From assembly GCA_043228905.1 (NCBI GenBank), contig JBHGNT010000010.1, forward strand, positions 3,720,001 to 3,784,000: a stretch of DNA of 64,000 bases. Direction: 5' to 3'. Source of the DNA: Azolla caroliniana (Eukaryota > Plantae > Polypodiophyta). Within the stretch, counting starts at the first letter, position 1, and the number at the start of each line of letters is the position of its first letter. The notes below the pieces were generated by a model. That model did not search any database. It saw only the letters and a program-made list of their open reading frames with translations, and was not told the origin of the DNA. Of this stretch, positions 53,101 through 64,000 are shown piece by piece. The translations under genes and the position numbers were made by a program.

Positions 53101-54735
53101 ACGGCCGTAACCGGAGGAAAGAAGAAAGAATACTGAAAAGTAGCGGATAAGTTGCGGTCGGCATCAATAATAAAAGAAGACGAAGAAATCGTGGGGGTAG
53201 TTGAAGAAGTGTTCTATGGAGCACACTACAACGGCTTGAAGAGCTTGTGGAGGATAAAAGCCAAGGAGACCGGGTAGTCCTGGTGGAATCGGTCGAGATG
53301 TACGAGATCATTGCGAAAATGGGGCTGGATGCGCTCCACAAAGAACAAGCAATGGTAAATACGAAATACAAGACCGTGGAGAAGAAAGTGAAACCGGCCA
53401 CAGGACCGTTACCTGCCGATAGTGAGCGAAAGAGGAAAGAAGTCTCGGGAGATCTGACACTTTGGAAGTCCGTGGATATCGGATATGCCTTCACGGATCA
53501 GACCCGGAAGAAACTTTGGATCGGTGGAGGTGGTTTCATTTTACAAAATGAAGAAGAACGATTCCGTGGGATGTTGGAACAACATGGGAAACCATTTGCA
53601 TTCACATCGAAGGAGATAGGGTGCGTTGATTCAAAGATAGTGGAGCCGATGGTGATCTTCACGATTGACCATGTGCCGTGGAATCTAAAGCCGATTTCGG
53701 TGCCGCGGGCGTATATTCCCAAAATCATCGACTTGCTCAAGTAGAAGGTGGTGATGGGGATTCTAGAGCTATCAAACGTTTCGTACTCAAATCTATGGTT
53801 TATGATTCCGAAGAAGAATGGGTCACTCCGATTTATCCAAGACTTGCAACCGGTGAACAAGGTCACGATCCGGAACTTCGGAGTCGGTCTAATAGTGGAC
53901 GAATTTGCGAAAGCATTTGCCGGTCGTGCGATATACTCCATCGGAGACCTATACTCGGGGTATGACCAATTCCAACTAGCCGTGGAGTGCCGAGACATCG
54001 CTACCATGCGGACACCGATAGGATTAGTCCGAATGTGCACACTACCACAAGGAGCGACAAACTCGGTTGCACATATATGAACGCGATGAACAAGGTGCTT
54101 CGAGATTGCATTCCGGAGATAACGATGCCGTTCCTAGATGACATTCCGATGAAAGGATGCGCGGTAGAAGAAAAAGATGAAACTATGGATGATCGGGGAT
54201 GCCAAAAGTTCGTAGTCGACCATATTCATGATTGTGAGAAAGTGCTTCGAAAGTTAGAAGATGTGCACCTAACACTTTCCGGGGAGAAATCAACATTTGG
54301 GCAAGAAGAGATATTGGTAGTCGGACATCTATGTGGGCCCTACAACCGAAGACCGTCACCGACCAAGATCGATGCGATTCAAGCTATGAAAGAAGTATGC
54401 GAGTCACAAACCGAAGTCCGAAGGTTTCTTGGAGCTTGTGGATTTTATCACATATGGATTCCGCACTATGCACATATTGCGGACGCACTCTATCACTTAT
54501 TGCGGAAGGGGAAGAAGTTCGAATGGAAACCGGAACACACCAAAGCCATGAAGAAGCTCAAGAAAACACTACGGAGGGATGAAGCACTTAAGAAGCCGAG
54601 CTATGAGCGACTGATCATAGTAACGGTTGATACAAGTCCAACCGGGATCGGATGGGTCATCAATCAAGCTGACTCGGATGGTTTGCGATATCTGATCCGA
54701 TTCGGAGCAAAGGTTCTCAATGAAAGGCAACGCGG

Positions 54736-56935
54736 TGTCGCATTGTTACGCACGTGCGTATAGAAGGGGCGGGAAAGTGGTGAGCAGGACAGAGATATGC
54801 CTCGATTTTCTTCGTAACAAAATGCGTGCTACCTAGGATATTCACATAAGCCGACTTGTACCTAGATATATACATTGCAACAAAACTTGTACCTGCGTGT
54901 AAGGGCCAGTTTGCGCACATCATTCTCCGATTCCGCCTAGGGACGGTTTTCTCCACGACATCCACCCCCACCTAACCGTGCATCCACCGGTATGCGCCAA
55001 AATAGACTCTTGCCGGAGAAGACCGGCCCACACTTACCCTTCGTCCTCCGAACCGGATCGCCATTCACTCCGAACCGGTCGTCCTCGCTATCCAAGTCGT
55101 CTGGGTCCGGTTCATCCTCGTGCCGCTTTTTGAACGCTTTGACCCTTTTCCCGGCCACTGGTACTGCCATCCTCGTCCCGTCAAGATCTGCGAGATGATC
55201 GGACCCGTTGTCGTTGGTGCTTGTCACGATGTAAGGCCCGAACCACCTCCTTGCGAACTTCCGCATCGCCTTGTGTTGGTTGTCGAGGTTGTTGTCGTAT
55301 ACCAGAACCTAGTCGCCTTCCTCGATTTTCTTCGGCCTTAGTCGGCGAGTCCGGTCGAATCGTTCCTTGTTCTTTACCCTCGCGGCCCGCAACTTTTCCG
55401 GCTCGTTCCACATCCTCCGGCCTTTGCTCGAGCTGTCGGATCCGTGCCGCTAATAGCTCCTCTCGGCTCCTCTCGGCTCCTCTCGTCTCTCCAGTCCACC
55501 ATGGCCCATGAGGAGATCGTTCTCTCCATCGGCATGACTGGCTTCTGCCCGTACATCAGCTCCGCCGGCATGAACCCGGTTACCGAACTGTGCGTAGTTC
55601 GGTCGGCCCACAATGCATAGGGTAAGAGCCGTGGCTAGTTTCCGATTTGGCCTCCACATGCCCGCACCAACGCTTTGACAATCGGCCCGTGTCCGTGTTC
55701 CACCTTCCCGTTCGCCTCCTGATTGTACGCTGTGGTGAGCGAGAGTTTAACCCCTAGCCGGTCAAACAACTCTTTAGCCTCTTGTGCGTCCATTTCTCCA
55801 CGATTGGCTATGATCCTCCCTACGCACCCGTACCAGCATACCACCTCTTCGATCAGAAATCGGCACACGGCCGCAGTCGTTTTGTTCGTCACTGCTCGGC
55901 CTTCTACTTGGTTTATCAGGTCCTCCCGTGCCAGCACCAGATATCACATCTGTCCTACCCCCACTGGCATCATCACCAGATTCACCATCCACTTGAAGTG
56001 GACAGTCGGAGGGTAGGTCAGGTGAAGCTCGTCCCGATGTCGGACTATGGAGTGCACTTGGCAGCTTTCGTAGGTCGTCACGAAACCGATGCACGTCCCG
56101 GTATAGTCCCAGCCACCAATACTACCCTTTCAACTTCTCGAATGTGGCCCACGTCCCGCGGTGTCCGGCCCAAGGACTCTCGTGGTACGCCGTTAGCAGT
56201 TCCACCTGTTCCTCTTCCTTCGCCACAACCCGGAACGGAATGCCATTTCTCTTCTTCGGGTGCTTCCATATGCACCCATCCTGTAGGAAGAACCGGTACG
56301 CTTTCTTCCGAATCTGGTTGGTCTCTTCCTTCGTCCACGCCATGTCCGGTGTCATTGTCTTCAGGAACCCGCCGATCTGGAGCCACTCCCCGTTGTACTT
56401 GCTCTTGTCGAACTCGTTAAGCGCCGGAGTGCTTCCCTCCCTCATTGTTACGTAAGCCGTTTTGAAGAAGTCCACGCCAACTTCTTCGTCCTCCGAAACC
56501 ATGCCGTCCTCATCATCGAATCTCACCCTCAAAAGCATGTCGACCATGGCGTTGTCTTTTCCGGAAATGTGTCATATTTCCGGATTCAGGGACTTGATGT
56601 ACGTTGTCCACCTGAGCATTGCCAGGTCCGGCGTCGCGCGTCCGAAAACCATACCGAGAATCGGTAGGTAGTCCGTCTCAATTATTACCTTCATCCCGAT
56701 GAGGTAGTCTTTGTCGGCGTTGACCGCTGAAACGATACCCCAGAGTTCGCGTTTAACCTGGGCGTACCCCCGCTGTCGTTCACTGAGGACCTTCACGCCG
56801 AACCGGATGGGGAACCTCATGCCATTCTCATCCTCTTGGTTGATCACCCATCCGATTCCGGTCGGACTTGTGTCTACGGTCACGTAAATCAGAATGTCTC
56901 TATCGTAGACCGCTTTCCGGAGTGCCGGCGCCGAA
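54736..56935 (-). mobile_element. Gypsy-E 3' part (RH-IN, PPT, short 3' LTR 54960-54736) inserted in the Gypsy-C RNase H
   Basis: Minus-strand RH TVDTSPTGIG and an integrase highly similar to Gypsy-D; PPT GGGGGTGGA next to TGTCGTGGAGAAAACC at 54960; left flank GCGG. Confidence 0.8.
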
Positions 56936-59900
56936 AATAGGAAACAGAAATCCGAAAAACAAGAAATAGAAATCCAAATACAAGAAACAGAAGATAGATG
57001 CTCAGTTCCCAGTCCGACAACACCTCCTTCCCCTCAAAATGTGTAGCCCCCCCCCTGTTTCAGCCTTCTCCCCCTCCCTTTTATAGGCTGTTGGGGAGTG
57101 ACTGTCACCTCCTGCTTTCATCCTCTTTATTCTCTGTCCCTTTGGGCAGAGATACACTTCGATTTTCTAGTTAATAAATATATTCTTCGTAGTATATTTA
57201 CATTGCGTCGACCTACTCCTAGTCATGTACAAAGTTATTAATGTACGCGTCCCCATGTCAAGGTCGGTTCACTCGCTTCATCCTCCAATTCCTGTTAAGG
57301 CTGGTTTTCTTCACAACAGCATCACAATACGAGGAACGCAAGGAAAGAAGGGCAAGCCCAACCTACGCCACAAAAAGAGATAGGAGAAACAAGCATGAAG
57401 CCCTATGAAGAAAGGAAAAGAACGAGCGATGCCGACTTACAAGCTAAGGTCGGACATAGAACAAACAACTGACTTGCGGAAGGTCCTTGAAGAGAAGGTT
57501 TTAGTCAGTCATGTCGATCTTACTTTGAGAGAACTACTTGGGATTGCTAAGAAGGAGTTCCATGATACTATCGTGGACTTGATTAAGCGGAAGCGACAAC
57601 AATCAGATGAAGAGGAGGTGAAAACAAGTGCCATAACCATGGCAAGATCAGAAGAGGAGGAGGAAGAAGAAGTGATAGTAGACAACCATTACTCTCGGCT
57701 TCATTGGGCAAGAGCGACAATGGAGATGCTGGTGAAGATCGGGGAGAAGAAAGAGACCGTGGTAGCCTTGATTGACCATGGTTAGGAGATCAACCTCATG
57801 TCGACCGAGTTCTACAAGAAATGAAGATGGCCGATTAATATAAACCACGGATGGAAGATTCAAGTGGGAACGAAGGCCACGAAGGACTTGTATGGAGCTT
57901 GCCCCAATGTTAAAGTCACGATTGGGGATGTGGAGATGGATCAACACTTTTTCGTGCAAGACTCGGCTTCGCATCCTGTCATCCTAGGACAATCGTATAT
58001 CACATCGTCCTGGATGGAGACCAAGGTGTTTGATACTGGAGTAGCCTTCGCACGAGTCAAGAGCCTTGACAGTCAAAGATTTGTTCAATTCCTGACGGTG
58101 CGGGCTAATCATGAAAGGAACCGAGATAACCTTGGAGGCGAATCCTCGGATTTTTAGAGTGAACTATTGAAGTGTGGGGCACAAATAGTCCGAGCAATCA
58201 TAAGTCCCCACAAGGAAGCAGAATGCGTGGATTGCAAGGAGAAGCAGCATGTGTTACACCTAGTGGCGCATGTAAACTAACACTACTCAACAAGAAAGAC
58301 AAGCTCGGATACAAGACTTCGAGAAGGTGCTGAAAGAAGAAAGAATAATCGAAGAAGAAGAGTTCGTGTCTCATATTTTGGAGGAAGCCTCATTTAACGA
58401 CACCATCGGCGAAATCGAGGAAGTCGTGGACTTGAGCTATCCTCGCGATCAACATGTGATTTCAGTTAACTCTGTCGACATGTACGCTATCATCGATGAA
58501 TATCATCGAGGCATCTTGATGGAGGAAGCTGAAGTCAGTACAAAATATAAAACGGTGGATAGGAAGATCAAACCAGTTGCAGTTCCGCTACCGAAAGATA
58601 GATGGCAAAAGATGAAGGAAGTTGCAAAAGATCCAAGCTTAAGGAATCCAAAGACAATAAGTCTTGTCTTCATTAAAGAGACGAAAGGAAAGCTATGAGT
58701 TGGAAGGGAGGATTTCCTCCTTCCTCAAGAGGAGCGAATGTTCCGCGGAATGCTTGAAAGACATGGGAAGGCTTTCACATTTTTACCACAAGAAATCAGA
58801 TGTGTTGATCCAAGGACGATAGAACCGATGGTGATCTTCACGGTGCCGCATGTGCCTTGCAATTTGAAACCGATACCGGTTCCGAGAGCACACCTACCGA
58901 AGCTGATCGAGCTCTTAAAGGAGAAGGTGAATATTGGAAGTTTGGAACCATCGAACGCTCCTTATTCTAATAGGTGGTTCACGGTGCCGAAGAAGAATGG
59001 ATCATTGCGATTCATCCAAGATCTTCAACCCGTCAACAAGGTGACAATTTGGAATGCTGGAATCGGTTCGAGTGTGGATGAATTTGCCGAGGCATTTTTG
59101 GGCCGGTCCATCTACTCCATTGGCGATCTCTACTCTGGATACAATCAATTCCAGTTGGCGGTCGACAGTCGTGACATTACAACCATGAGGAATCCAATCG
59201 GGCTTGTGCGGATGTGTACCTTACCTCAAGGTGCAACGAATTCGGTGGCTCATATGGTGAATGCAATGAACAAGGTCTTGAAGGATTGCATCCCAGGCAT
59301 CACGATGCCATTCTTGGATGACATTCCGATAAAAGGATGTTCGGATGAGGAGAAGGATGAATTGAAAGATAATCATGGATGTAGAAAGTTCGTTGTGGAT
59401 CATATGAAAGATTGCAAGAAGGTGATCCAAAGGCTCAAAGATGCAAATTTGACATTTTCGGGAGAAAAATCCGCATTCAGGCAATCGAAGATCTTGGTGG
59501 TAGGTCACTTGTGTGGAGCATATGGTCGGAAACATTCGCCATCCAAGGTGAATGTGATCCAAGACATGAAAGAAGAATGCGCAACCCAAACGGAGGTACG
59601 AAGGTGCCTTGGAGCATGCGTGTTTTATCATATTTGGATTCCACACTACGCCCACATTGTTGAGCCCTTATACGGTCCACTAAAGAAGAAGCATATGTTC
59701 GAATGGACGAGCGAGCATAGTTTCTCCATCCGAAGGCTGAAGAAATTATTGATGGAGGCACCTACATTATGGAAGGCAGACTATTCAAATGACAAGCCCA
59801 TTTTCATGACCATGGATACGAGTCCGACCGGAATTGGATGGGTTATCAACCAAGAAGATGAAGATTGCAACCGATATGCCATTCGGTTTGGCGCGAAAGT

Positions 59901-64000
<4,100 letters not shown>

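Larger units (their letters stand above)
44886..54735 (+). mobile_element. Gypsy-C (tRNA-Trp PBS): 5' LTR 44886-45024 plus 50176-50905, gag-PR-RT and RH start, truncated
   Basis: LTR TGTCAT...GCACGACA; PBS TGGTGAACCCGACGT at 50910; gag ORF 50971-52038; PR LIDHGSEIN; RT DLYSGYDQ, FLDDIP. Confidence 0.85.
44640..57318 (-). mobile_element. Gypsy-B LTR (probably solo), split into 57318-56936 and 44885-44640 by nested elements
   Basis: Minus termini TGTTGTGAAGAAAACC (57318) and CACGACA (44640); 4-bp TSD GCGT/GCAT. Removing it restores the Gypsy-A gag. Confidence 0.75.
37549..59900 (+). mobile_element. Gypsy-A (tRNA-Trp PBS), outer host of the nest; pieces about 37549-39147, 43849-44639, 57323-59900
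   Basis: LTR ends TTCACGACA at 38586; PBS TGGTGAACCCAACGTGA from 38595. Gag rejoins across insertions (LKAV|DTKD; SKR|HNTR). PR ALIDHG, RT FLDDIPIKG, RH start DTSPTGIG. LTR start is tentative. Confidence 0.8.

Noticed and set aside
54748-54751. ACGC as the right TSD of Gypsy-C
   Set aside because: No Gypsy-C 3' LTR precedes it, and it lies 12 bp inside the Gypsy-E LTR terminus.

Overview
Eukaryotic, TE-dense land-plant DNA. The retroelement types (Tcn1-like chromovirus, tRNA-Trp-primed non-chromovirus Gypsy) suggest a non-seed plant such as a moss, lycophyte or fern; this is an inference. Two intact, spliced host genes lie on the minus strand: a secreted pectate lyase (9315-11692, 4 exons) and HMG-CoA lyase (28847-32206/32302, 8 coding exons). 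Much of the remainder, including nearly all of 0.2-8.7, 14.7-28 and 37-64 kb, resolves into nested mobile elements, many with readable target-site duplications (TSDs): three tRNA-Met Copia elements, solo LTRs, a near-intact hAT transposon inserted in a Copia polypurine tract (PPT), L1- and RTE/RTEX-like LINE fragments, a four-level nest of tRNA-Trp Gypsy elements (37.5-59.9 kb) and a chromovirus. Most notable: (1) a young 2.46-kb non-autonomous LTR element with inward-facing tRNA primer-binding-site (PBS)-like motifs at both ends and no LTR-adjacent PPT; (2) a conserved GGAUUUU slippery site plus H-type pseudoknot after the protease in three Trp-primed Gypsy copies; (3) the Trp-primed Gypsy family makes 4-bp TSDs and all five mapped sites are CG-centred (RCGN). 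Coordinates were read by eye; no database searches were run.
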